Positions 1-8,558 of a stretch of 32,000 bases of DNA are shown here, in pieces; positions within the stretch are counted from its first letter, which is position 1, and each line of letters starts with the position of its first letter. Under the pieces are notes generated by a model. The model saw only the letters and a program-made list of their open reading frames with translations. It had not been told where the DNA came from and ran no database searches. The stretch is from the NCBI GenBank assembly GCA_017450465.1, contig JAFSUW010000021.1, positions 69,856-101,855 of the forward strand, read 5' to 3'. Position numbers and translations under genes: made by a program. This stretch comes from Clostridia bacterium (lineage in GTDB: Bacteria > Bacillota > Clostridia > TANB77 > RGIG9151).

Positions 1-518
1 GTAAGAATTACCTTTACAACTGCTTCTTCAATTTCTTTAAAGTTTGTTGCATCATTCACTTCCATTCGAATACAATCTAATATATCTTGTATACCAAGTG
101 TATAAAGTTTAGATATTTGTGCACCTGTAAATTTATATCGAAGTAATGAACCAATATGTATAAAATCTTCTCTAACACTATCATTTAATCTATAGCTTAA
201 TATTCCATTCCCAATACCTGTAATACATGGAGCTTTTACTATGTTTATTTCTGGCACTCTTACATGTACCCCTTCAAGCATCATCTTCTCAAAATGACTA
301 CTTATAAGCTCTGCTTGTGCACCATCAATCTCTTCAGGATCTTCTGGTTTAAATAGTGCAACTTCTCCATTTCGTCTGTCACCATATACTCTAACCCACA
401 CTGAACCATCAGTTGTACCTACTGTATCAACGGCAAATGTTTGCAAATAAAGCGTATTTGCCGCATATTCCTGTGGTACCTCTTCACATAAAACTCCTCG
501 ATAAATTTTTTTATCCAT
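1..518 (-). CDS. hypothetical protein, N-terminal part only (ORF runs off the left edge of the window)
   Basis: Open minus-strand frame from ATG at 518 (MDKKIYRGVLCEEVPQEYAANTLYLQTFAVDTVGTTDGS...) with no stop before position 1. It begins 12 nt after the ffh stop. No family recognised. Confidence 0.5.
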   Translation of the reverse strand, partial: MDKKIYRGVLCEEVPQEYAANTLYLQTFAVDTVGTTDGSVWVRVYGDRRNGEVALFKPEDPEEIDGAQAELISSHFEKMMLEGVHVRVPEINIVKAPCITGIGNGILSYRLNDSVREDFIHIGSLLRYKFTGAQISKLYTLGIQDILDCIRMEVNDATNFKEIEEAVVKVIL

Positions 519-529
519 TACTACCCTTC

Positions 530-1855
530 CTATCTACGTGGGAATGGCATCCCACCTAACTTACCACCTTTTGCTATTTGCTTCATCATCTTTCGCATTT
601 CATCAAATTGCTTTAGTAATCTGTTTACATCACTAACTTGCATCCCACAACCTTCTGCAATTCTTTTTTTGCGACTTGCATTTATTATGTCTGGGTTATT
701 TCTTTCCTTTGGTGTCATAGAAAGTATAATTGCTTCTATTCGGCTAAATTGCTTCTCATCTATATCTACATCTTTTAACTGATTACCCACACCAGGCAAC
801 ATTTTAATAAGTTGACCAAGTGGTCCCATCTTTTTCATTTGTTGCATTTGCGCCAAAAAGTCTTCAAGATTAAATGTTGCTTCTCTTAGCTTCTTTTCCA
901 ACTTTTTTGCCTCTTCTTCTTCAATAGTTTCTTCTGCTTTTTCTATTAAAGAAAGCACATCGCCCATACCAAGTATTCTTGATGCCATTCTATCTGGGTA
1001 AAATGGTTCTAACTCATTTAATTTTTCTCCAACAGATGCAAATTTAATTGGCTTACCTGTAACTGCTTTTACAGAAAGTGCTGCACCACCACGGGTATCA
1101 CCATCAAGCTTTGACATTATTATGCCATCTATTCCAAGTTTTTCATTAAACGAGGTTGCAACATTTACTGCATCTTGACCAGTCATTGCATCAACTACTA
1201 ATAATATTTCATATGGTTTTACACCAGCTTTTAATCTTACTAATTCATCCATTAATTCTTCATCAACATGAAGTCGACCTGCAGTATCAACAATTACAAC
1301 ATCGTTGCCCTTGCTTTTTGCTTCCTTTACGCCTTCTTGTGCAATATGGACAACATCTTTTGAATCTTCAATTGCAAACACTGGTATATTAAGTTGTTTC
1401 CCTACTACCTGTAATTGTTTTATAGCAGCGGGTCTATATACGTCACACGCAACAAGTAATGGTTTTTTACCTTGCTTTCTTAAGTAATTTGCAATTTTCC
1501 CTGATGCCGTCGTTTTACCAGAGCCCTGTAAACCAACCATTAAAAATACTGTTACACCATTTGGATTAAAATTTAATTTTCCTGTTGTTCCACCAAGAAG
1601 TTCAACTAACTCATCATGTACTATTTTTACTACTTGTTGACCTGGTGTCAAACTCTTTAACACTTCTTGACCTGCTGCTTTTTCTGAAACTTTAGCAATA
1701 AAGTCTTTTACAACCTTAAAGTTTACATCTGCTTCTAGTAATGCAAGTTTTATCTCACGTGATATTTCTTTTATATCTTCTTCACTAATTCTTGTCTTAC
1801 CACGTATTTTTTTCATTATATTTTGTATTTTATCCGAAAAACCTTCAAATGCCAT
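530..1855 (-). CDS. ffh: signal recognition particle protein Ffh (SRP54 GTPase)
   Basis: 441 aa. Has the NG domain (GLQGSGKTT, DTAGR, SKLDGD) and a Met-rich M domain (MQQMKKMGPLGQLIKMLPG). Sits in the classic ylxM-ffh arrangement. Confidence 0.95.
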   Translation of the reverse strand: MAFEGFSDKIQNIMKKIRGKTRISEEDIKEISREIKLALLEADVNFKVVKDFIAKVSEKAAGQEVLKSLTPGQQVVKIVHDELVELLGGTTGKLNFNPNGVTVFLMVGLQGSGKTTASGKIANYLRKQGKKPLLVACDVYRPAAIKQLQVVGKQLNIPVFAIEDSKDVVHIAQEGVKEAKSKGNDVVIVDTAGRLHVDEELMDELVRLKAGVKPYEILLVVDAMTGQDAVNVATSFNEKLGIDGIIMSKLDGDTRGGAALSVKAVTGKPIKFASVGEKLNELEPFYPDRMASRILGMGDVLSLIEKAEETIEEEEAKKLEKKLREATFNLEDFLAQMQQMKKMGPLGQLIKMLPGVGNQLKDVDIDEKQFSRIEAIILSMTPKERNNPDIINASRKKRIAEGCGMQVSDVNRLLKQFDEMRKMMKQIAKGGKLGGMPFPRR

Positions 1856-1874
1856 TTAATTAATTCAGTCCCTT

Positions 1875-2114
1875 CTATTTCGTTGATTCTAAATGCTCTT
1901 TTAATAAACCTAATTTACTCTCTGTATCATAAAGTGTTTTTTCTGATCTTTTTAATATATCTGATACTCCTTGTTTACTAATTGATAAGTCTTCTGCTAT
2001 TTCGGTCAAAGAAAGATTGTCATCATAGTAAAGTGACATTACCTCTTTTTGCCTGTCTGTAAGCAGATTACCATAAAAATCAAGAAGTAAATTTATCTCA
2101 ACGTTTTTATCCAT
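1875..2114 (-). CDS. ylxM: YlxM/p13-like putative DNA-binding protein (UPF0122)
   Basis: 79 aa. LLDFYGNLLTDRQKEVMSLYYDDNLSLTEIAEDLSISKQGVSD is a sigma-70 region 4-like HTH. Lies immediately upstream of ffh. Confidence 0.85.
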   Translation of the reverse strand: MDKNVEINLLLDFYGNLLTDRQKEVMSLYYDDNLSLTEIAEDLSISKQGVSDILKRSEKTLYDTESKLGLLKEHLESTK

Positions 2115-2197
2115 ATCTTTTCCTTCCTTTTTAGATAGTTATAGACAATAATATAATACTACAAATTGGCACTATTAGTCAATATAAATTATTTTAC

Positions 2198-2229
2198 AAA
2201 AAAAAGCCCCAAAACCGTAGTTTTGAGGC
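2198..2229 (-). terminator. rho-independent terminator after the 148-aa gene
   Basis: Minus strand reads GCCTCAAAAC-TACG-GTTTTGGGGC (10-bp stem, 1 mismatch) followed by T8. Confidence 0.65.
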
Positions 2230-2247
2230 CATAGATAGCATATAATA

Positions 2248-2694
2248 TTATCGTTTTTCTTTTCTTGGAATATAGATATCTTCTTCGCCGTAGTAGTTTT
2301 TAATTCTTTTTTCTAAAATGAATTTTGCATCAGGTGCAATTACTTCTTTTCCAGCAGCATTGAGGTAACCGATCTTATTGCTTTTATCTCGCCTCACCAT
2401 AAATCCAGTACCATCAGCCATAAGCTTTTCGATAGCATCAAAGTCAATTTGTGCCAAATCATAATCTGAGCTTACAGATGCCTTATAAAGTGTCTCAGCG
2501 TAGGGTTTCTTAAAGATAGGATTTGCCTTTACATGTTCCTGATGCTGTTTCATTGCAGATAGTTTTTGCGTAATTTTGGGAGAGATGTACCTAAAACCAT
2601 TGTACCCAAGTAAAATTCCCGAAAAAACTCTTGCCCAAAAGACAGTATTTTCAGGATTTACTTTAAGAAGTTCAACTAGTTCTTTGAATTCCAT
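2248..2694 (-). CDS. hypothetical protein with one N-terminal hydrophobic segment
   Basis: 148-aa ORF with GGAGG 5-9 nt upstream of the ATG and its own terminator. No recognisable motif. Confidence 0.6.
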   Translation of the reverse strand: MEFKELVELLKVNPENTVFWARVFSGILLGYNGFRYISPKITQKLSAMKQHQEHVKANPIFKKPYAETLYKASVSSDYDLAQIDFDAIEKLMADGTGFMVRRDKSNKIGYLNAAGKEVIAPDAKFILEKRIKNYYGEEDIYIPRKEKR

Positions 2695-2828
2695 TTTTCC
2701 TCCTCTTTCTTTTCTCTAGCTCTTCTTTCATTGCATGTTTGTTTGTGTTCCAAAACCATTAAGCCAGTCACCGGTATTGAAAAGGCAAACACTAAAATAG
2801 CTAATATTGCAAAGTCAATTAATTCCAA
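2676..2828 (-). CDS. possible 50-aa single-pass membrane mini-protein (TTG start)
   Basis: Not in the ORF track because it is under 60 aa. AAAGGAAG sits 8 nt before the TTG. Product is MELIDFAILAILVFAFSIPVTGLMVLEHKQTCNERRAREKKEEEKWNSKN, a hydrophobic helix followed by a basic tail. It overlaps the start of the 148-aa gene by 19 nt, which suggests translational coupling. Confidence 0.3.
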   Translation of the reverse strand: MELIDFAILAILVFAFSIPVTGLMVLEHKQTCNERRAREKKEEEKWNSKN

Positions 2829-2993
2829 TTTACTTACTTCCTTTCACCCAATTGGGATTTTGATTCCACGACCTCTGTACGAATTTTTGCAGATTTTTGA
2901 CTTACAAAAACCAATTTATTATATCAAAAAGCGCATCAAAAGTCAAAATTAATAAAAAATGGCTATTTTATGCAGTTTTTTGCCAAAAGCTAT

Positions 2994-3020
2994 TAAGTTT
3001 ACATAATAAAATGACGATAT
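2994..3020 (+). promoter_or_regulatory. sigma-28 (FliA/SigD)-type promoter for the flagellin gene
   Basis: TAAGTTT-N12-GACGATAT compared with the consensus TAAAGTTT-N11-GCCGATAA/T. Lies about 45 nt upstream of the flagellin start. Confidence 0.6.
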
Positions 3021-3064
3021 AAATAATACAAGGATGATTATATCTCACGGAGGAGATGAAAAAA

Positions 3065-3916
3065 ATGAGCATCAACACTAATACGATGGCTATATCTGCC
3101 ATTAGAATGTACCAAAAAAATGTAGCTAATATGCAAAAATCTATGAAGCGCTTATCTAGTGGGCTTCGTATTAATAGTGCTGCTGATGATCCTAGCGGTC
3201 TTGCAATAAGTGAAAAAATGCGTGCACAAATTCGTGGACTTAAACAAGCATCTAACAATACTCAAGATGCAATTTCATTTATAGATACTGCTGAAGGTGC
3301 ATTACAACAAACAACTGATATATTACAAAGAATGCGTGAACTTACTATAAAAGCACAAAATACAGGTGTTTTAAGCGATACAGCAAAACAAGCAATCGAT
3401 GTTGAAATGACTCAGCTTCGCGACGAACTCGATAGAATTGCTTCTTCTGCTACTTTCAACACCAAACATTTACTAGATGGCTCAATAAGTGAAGAAAGCC
3501 CTGCAGTTTTCCAAATTGGACCAGGTGCAGAAGATTATGATAGAATTTCAGTTTCAATTGGTGATATGTCTTCAAAAGGATTAAGCCGTACGGGAGATGA
3601 AAGATTTACTATAAGTCTTGATACTCCAGCTGATACAAATACTACTCTTGAAAATATAGATTATGCAATAAATAAAGTTTCAATGGAACGTGCAAAACTT
3701 GGTGCTACGCATAATCGACTTGAATATACTATGGAAAATCTATCAACAACTGAAGAAAATCTAACTGCTGCAGAATCGCGTATACGTGATGTAGATTTTG
3801 CACAGGAATATATGGAATATGTAAAAAGTTCTATGCTTGCACAAATTTCTCTTGCAATGCTTGCACAAGCAAATAAACAACAAGAAATGATTTTAAGTTT
3901 ACTACAAAATATGTAA
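3065..3916 (+). CDS. fliC: flagellin (short form, essentially D0/D1 domains)
   Basis: N-terminus LSSGLRINSAADDPSGLAISEKMRAQIRGLKQASNNTQDAISFIDTAEGAL and C-terminus RIRDVDFAQEYMEYVKSSMLAQISLAMLAQANKQ are canonical flagellin. The ATG at 3065 is preferred over 3056 because GGAGGAG (3049-3055) abuts 3056. Confidence 0.9.
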   Translation: MSINTNTMAISAIRMYQKNVANMQKSMKRLSSGLRINSAADDPSGLAISEKMRAQIRGLKQASNNTQDAISFIDTAEGALQQTTDILQRMRELTIKAQNTGVLSDTAKQAIDVEMTQLRDELDRIASSATFNTKHLLDGSISEESPAVFQIGPGAEDYDRISVSIGDMSSKGLSRTGDERFTISLDTPADTNTTLENIDYAINKVSMERAKLGATHNRLEYTMENLSTTEENLTAAESRIRDVDFAQEYMEYVKSSMLAQISLAMLAQANKQQEMILSLLQNM

Positions 3917-3921
3917 TAAAA

Positions 3922-3944
3922 AGGGGCGATTAATAATCGCCCCT
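3922..3944. terminator. bidirectional GC-rich hairpin between the convergent flagellin and 96-aa genes (member of the TGTAGGGGCG repeat family)
   Basis: AGGGGCGATT-AAT-AATCGCCCCT, a 10-bp stem. Followed by T5 on the minus strand and a T-rich tail on the plus strand. Confidence 0.65.
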
Positions 3945-3963
3945 ACATTATTTTACACCATTT

Positions 3964-4254
3964 TTACACATGTGTTTTCATTGAATCTATATGTGATTTA
4001 ACTCTTTCTATCTCAGCATCCATTTGATTTAGTTGTATGCTAAAATATTTAAGCATTTCGTTTGCCTCTTCTTCTTTTAAGTCAAAACACATAAACTCAT
4101 CATCTAGTAACTGCTTCCCAAGTTTTTTCTTCTCCATATCTGTAAGCATTACTTTTGTTTCTACTTTCGGTACTGAAGTTAAAGTAATTTTTTTATTGAA
4201 AAACTTTTTTAATTTATACCAAAATGTATCTGTACGTATAAGTTCTTTATTCAT
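3964..4254 (-). CDS. hypothetical 96-aa protein, probably coiled-coil
   Basis: Starts 4 nt after the stop of the 563-aa gene, so the two are likely coupled. No recognisable motif. Confidence 0.5.
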   Translation of the reverse strand: MNKELIRTDTFWYKLKKFFNKKITLTSVPKVETKVMLTDMEKKKLGKQLLDDEFMCFDLKEEEANEMLKYFSIQLNQMDAEIERVKSHIDSMKTHV

Positions 4255-4258
4255 ATTC

Positions 4259-5950
4259 TCACCTATCTTTACTAGATTCCTTTATTCTAGATTTTAATTT
4301 TTCTCTTCCCTCTTTTATTCTTCTTTCTTCCTCTTGTCTTAAACGTTCAAGTTCTTCTTGCTTTTCTATTGTAACTTGAATTTTCAAGAACAAATTCTTT
4401 TGACTTGTAGTACCATATTCTAAAAAGATTCTATGTACTTTATCAAAAATTTCTCTTGTTTCTGGGAAATGTGCAAGATGCTTTATTTTAGCATTTTCAT
4501 CTCTTTGACGTAATGCCCTAAAGTATGGATTTAATATTTTCTCACGAACAACCATAAAATTCCTTGCCATTCTCTTTTCTACTGCATCGGTTGAATCTTT
4601 TCTTGGTAAAGCCCTATGTTCATCTACCCATTCATAAATTTCATCTACGCATGCCACATATTTAGGAACTACACCAAATTCTGCTGCTCTTACGATATGC
4701 TCTACCGCATCAAAATCTTTATGTTCTTCCCTAAATTTCTTTTGTTCTTCTTCTGTTTGTAATGCTCTATATGGTGCAATTAATGCATCATTTATATATA
4801 AAATTGCTGAATAACAATCACGCTCTAACTTATCTTTGCTACCTCTTTGTGGTAATACATTCGGATGGTCTTTTTTCCAACTTTCAATGAGGCGCGCTTT
4901 TTTCAAAAACCTTGAAGGTGGATTTACCTCTATAGAATAATATAAGCTTAGCAAAGTATTCATATCAGGATTTGAACGCAAAAACATCATTCTCTCGTTT
5001 TCGGATAATGATTCATATTTTGATATCAAATTTTTACTAACTAAGTTATACGATTCCTTAAGTTCCTTTGCTTTAGGAGTTTTACAATTCCTTGATGAAA
5101 GATTTTCAAGCCCCTCGCTTATCATACCTTCTTTTATAGTTTCTAACCTTTTTATATATTTAGGTATATACGCATTTTCTGTCGACATTTCTTCAGTAAG
5201 TAGCGCTGCCTTAAACATTTCTAATGGCTTTACAAGGCCTGGATTTTCTAACATATACTGCTCACGTTCTTCTGGAGTTTTTAATGACATATATGGTTCA
5301 GTAAACGCTTTTACTTTATTTCGTAAATATTCAAAGCCAATTCTACTACCATTTAAGGTAGCTTTCTTTACATCCCCTTCTGCTTTTTTTATCTCTTCTT
5401 TTATGTCTAAAAAATTTAACATATATAAATTCGAATTTCTTCTATAAATTTCATTCGATAAACTTAATGCCTCTTCTATATCAGGATGCTTTCTTAACAT
5501 TTCTTTTTTGCCTTCTAAAGTTCCTCTGTCATAAAGAAATAGCACTTCATTATTTATCTTCATAAAACTTTCATATACTTTTCTTTGCTCATCACTTTGA
5601 CTTTCTAAATCAACACCATTGTCAGCAAAATATTGTTTATATGAATTCATTTTTGTCTTTAAGTGTGTATCTACAATTTCCATGGTTTCTTCATAGATTC
5701 TTTTTACTTCACTTACTTCTGGATGCATTTTATCGTACTCTTCTTTTTGTGCATCAGAAAATCTATCATAGTTTTTAAGTGTATAATGTAAAAGTGAATG
5801 AAGACGAAGTGCTAACTTCCTTTCTTCTGGGTCTTCAGAATTTCTATATGGAAGTCTACCTAAATCACTATTTTTTACCCAATCTCTTACTTCTTCCATT
5901 TTCACAACAATACTTGGCCTACCATTTATTGTGTGAGGCATATTTGCCAT
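4259..5950 (-). CDS. hypothetical protein with six tandem ~75-80 aa helical repeats and a K/E/R-rich C-terminal tail
   Basis: 563 aa. A recurring module is visible, for example VRDWVKNSDLGRLPYRNSEDPEERKLALRL..HPEV, IESWKKDHPNVLPQRGSKDKLERDCYSAI and IYEWVDEHRALPRKDSTDAVEKRMARNF. There is an RBS upstream of the ATG. Confidence 0.7.
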   Translation of the reverse strand: MANMPHTINGRPSIVVKMEEVRDWVKNSDLGRLPYRNSEDPEERKLALRLHSLLHYTLKNYDRFSDAQKEEYDKMHPEVSEVKRIYEETMEIVDTHLKTKMNSYKQYFADNGVDLESQSDEQRKVYESFMKINNEVLFLYDRGTLEGKKEMLRKHPDIEEALSLSNEIYRRNSNLYMLNFLDIKEEIKKAEGDVKKATLNGSRIGFEYLRNKVKAFTEPYMSLKTPEEREQYMLENPGLVKPLEMFKAALLTEEMSTENAYIPKYIKRLETIKEGMISEGLENLSSRNCKTPKAKELKESYNLVSKNLISKYESLSENERMMFLRSNPDMNTLLSLYYSIEVNPPSRFLKKARLIESWKKDHPNVLPQRGSKDKLERDCYSAILYINDALIAPYRALQTEEEQKKFREEHKDFDAVEHIVRAAEFGVVPKYVACVDEIYEWVDEHRALPRKDSTDAVEKRMARNFMVVREKILNPYFRALRQRDENAKIKHLAHFPETREIFDKVHRIFLEYGTTSQKNLFLKIQVTIEKQEELERLRQEEERRIKEGREKLKSRIKESSKDR

Positions 5951-5961
5951 AAAATCATCTC

Positions 5962-7359
5962 CTAAATTACAGTTGCTTTATTTTCAAAATCTGTTAATTC
6001 TTCATTAAAACCATATAATTTTTTCTGACGTTCCTTAAAAAAGTTCATTGCAATCTGAGGGAACAATGCATAAGTTAAAACATCTTCCTCTTGTTCCATA
6101 TACTTTGCTATTTCTTCTTTCATTTTTAGTAACTCTGGTTCTATTAAATCTGCAGGTCTACATGTTATAGGCGTATCAGAGCCAATTATCTTTTGCTTTA
6201 TTTCATCACTAATTGGTGCTGGGGTTTTACCATACTCACCTTTCACTATACCCTTTGTTTCCTTAGTAACCATTTTATATCTTTCGCCTGTAACCACGTT
6301 AAAGACTGCTTGTGTACCTACTATCTGACTTGTTGGAGTAACTAAAGGTGGATATCCTAAATCTTTCCTAACTCTTGGTACTTCTTTTAACACTTCTTCA
6401 TATTTATCTAATGCATTTTGTTCTTTTAATTGCGAAACCAAGTTAGATAGCATGCCACCTGGTACTTGATAAAGTAATATATTAGAATTTACGCCAAGCA
6501 TCTTTGGTGCAAGTGTTCCATTTTCAATATATTTATCCTTTATTTTATCAAAATAACTTGCGATTTCATTTAATAGTTTTAAATTTAAACCAGTATCATA
6601 GCAAGTACCACTAAGCGTTGCAACCACCGATTCTGTGGCTGGTTGTGAGGTACCAAGTGCGAATGGAGAAAGTGCTGTATCTACAATATCCGCACCTGCT
6701 TCTATTGCCTTTAAGTATGTCATACTTCCAACACCACTTGTATAATGAGTATGAATTTGTAAAGGTATTTTTACAGATTCTTTTATTTTGCTTACAAGTT
6801 CATACGCATCATAAGGAAGTAAAATACCTGCCATATCTTTTATACAAATAGAGTCTGCACCCATGTTTTCTAAAGTTTTTGCATACTCTACAAATGTTTC
6901 AATATTATGAACTGGACTTGTTGTATAAGACACTGCTACTTGTGCATGTCCACCTTCTTGCTTACACGCTTTAAGTGCAACCTCAATGTTTCTAAAATCA
7001 TTTAATGCATCAAAAATTCTAATTATATCTATACCATTTGCGATTGATTTTTTTACAAAATATTCTACTACATCGTCTGCATAATTTTTGTAACCTAGTA
7101 AATTTTGACCACGAAGCAACATCTGAAGTTTTGTGTTTTTTACATTTTTTCTTATTGTGCGCAAACGTTCCCATGGGTCTTCGCCTAAAAATCTAAGGCA
7201 TGAATCAAAGGTTGCTCCACCCCAACATTCTAAAGAGTAAAAACCAACCTCATCTAATTTATTTAACATAGGTAACATTTCATCGGTAGTCATTCTTGTT
7301 GCTATAAGCGATTGATGTCCATCACGAAGTATTGTTTCGGTAATATTAACTCTATTAAT
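5962..7359 (-). CDS. oxaloacetate decarboxylase alpha / pyruvate carboxylase subunit B-type carboxyltransferase domain protein, without a biotinyl domain
   Basis: ECWGGATFD, LLRGQNLLGY, IKDMAG and HTHYTSG motifs of the 5S/OadA carboxyltransferase family. The first ATG is at 7293, but the conserved ITETILRDGHQSLIATR lies in frame upstream of it. The start is therefore placed at the ATT at 7359, 8 nt after AAGGGGG. Confidence 0.8.
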   Translation of the reverse strand: MNRVNITETILRDGHQSLIATRMTTDEMLPMLNKLDEVGFYSLECWGGATFDSCLRFLGEDPWERLRTIRKNVKNTKLQMLLRGQNLLGYKNYADDVVEYFVKKSIANGIDIIRIFDALNDFRNIEVALKACKQEGGHAQVAVSYTTSPVHNIETFVEYAKTLENMGADSICIKDMAGILLPYDAYELVSKIKESVKIPLQIHTHYTSGVGSMTYLKAIEAGADIVDTALSPFALGTSQPATESVVATLSGTCYDTGLNLKLLNEIASYFDKIKDKYIENGTLAPKMLGVNSNILLYQVPGGMLSNLVSQLKEQNALDKYEEVLKEVPRVRKDLGYPPLVTPTSQIVGTQAVFNVVTGERYKMVTKETKGIVKGEYGKTPAPISDEIKQKIIGSDTPITCRPADLIEPELLKMKEEIAKYMEQEEDVLTYALFPQIAMNFFKERQKKLYGFNEELTDFENKATVI

Positions 7360-7372
7360 ATCACTCGCCCCC

Positions 7373-8527
7373 TTACCGTACTCTTAGTACTATTACTTCA
7401 TCTATCGTTTGTAAACACGCAAGTGTTCCATTTGAATATAATTCAATATCTTTAAAATCTCCTTGCAAAGCATAACTTGTTAGATATCTACCATTTATAT
7501 CAAAGAAATCTACTCTATCACTTAATACAACTGCTATAGTTCTGCCCAAAGATTCTACTGCTTTAACTTTGCCAGATACTTCACCTAAGCCCACTTTTTT
7601 GCCATTTGAATTAGATATTTTTATCTTACTTTTATCAGCAAATAACTCTTTTGCATCTCTATATATTTTTATTATTTTATTATTTTCAATGTTCATACCT
7701 TCAACATTTTCATCAGTAAAATCATCTAAAACTACTTTATTATAGTCTTTATCAATTTTTATAATTTTATTATCTCCCACACATATTACTGAATTTCCAA
7801 AGAATTTTATGCCCATAAGTAATGCATCTTTTACTGCAATATTGCTTATAACTTCACCACGTGAATTTAAGTAAACGATTCCAGAACTTACAACTGCACC
7901 TGTAGTATCTGCTTCAATCATTGCAACAGTTTTGCTATCAGAACTTATATCTGCAGTCAAAAGTGTTGTATTTGCAAAATACTTTGTATAAATTGTTTTA
8001 CCTGTATCATCTAACAAAGCAAAAACATTTTTATATCCTGCTTTATCATAAATAACTCCAAGATAACCATCATTACTTAATACAATGTTTTGAATTAAGC
8101 CCTCTATTTCTGTTCTGTATGCCAAATTATGCATATTGAAAACAACTATATCTTTACCATTTTCTTCTGCTATGGCAAGATATCCATTATTTTCAGCAAG
8201 TTTTGGACTACTAAATTGTGTCTCGTAAAACCAAGTAGGATTACTAGAAACGTTATATTCTTTTATTCCATTCTTATTTACTATAACAATGTTATCTTTT
8301 CTTGCAATTATATTACCAGCAATCGCTTGGTCATACTTAAAGCTATACACAAGTTCTGCTATTTTTATTTCCTCTTTATTAAAACTTGCAAATAAATCAG
8401 AATAGAAATTTTTAAAGTTGTCGCGTGCATCTTCATTTTTTGCTATATATATGCCATAAACTAGGATTACAACTAATCCTAGTAGTATAAGCATTCTTAA
8501 GAAAAATTTACCTTTGTTTATTTTCAC
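7373..8527 (-). CDS. membrane-anchored hypothetical protein, repetitive beta-rich ectodomain (DUF5711-like from memory)
   Basis: 384 aa with an N-terminal signal-anchor (FFLRMLILLGLVVILVYGIYIA). The remainder shows beta-strand periodicity. Confidence 0.6.
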   Translation of the reverse strand: MKINKGKFFLRMLILLGLVVILVYGIYIAKNEDARDNFKNFYSDLFASFNKEEIKIAELVYSFKYDQAIAGNIIARKDNIVIVNKNGIKEYNVSSNPTWFYETQFSSPKLAENNGYLAIAEENGKDIVVFNMHNLAYRTEIEGLIQNIVLSNDGYLGVIYDKAGYKNVFALLDDTGKTIYTKYFANTTLLTADISSDSKTVAMIEADTTGAVVSSGIVYLNSRGEVISNIAVKDALLMGIKFFGNSVICVGDNKIIKIDKDYNKVVLDDFTDENVEGMNIENNKIIKIYRDAKELFADKSKIKISNSNGKKVGLGEVSGKVKAVESLGRTIAVVLSDRVDFFDINGRYLTSYALQGDFKDIELYSNGTLACLQTIDEVIVLRVR

Positions 8528-8558
8528 GAACCAATCACTCTCTTTTGTACAAATTTTA

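Noticed and set aside
2731-3258. ORFs 2731-2952 (+) and 2968-3258 (-) around the flagellin promoter
   Set aside because: Neither has an RBS or a recognisable motif. The minus-strand one overlaps the flagellin start and promoter, and the plus-strand one overlaps the better-supported minus-strand mini-ORF.
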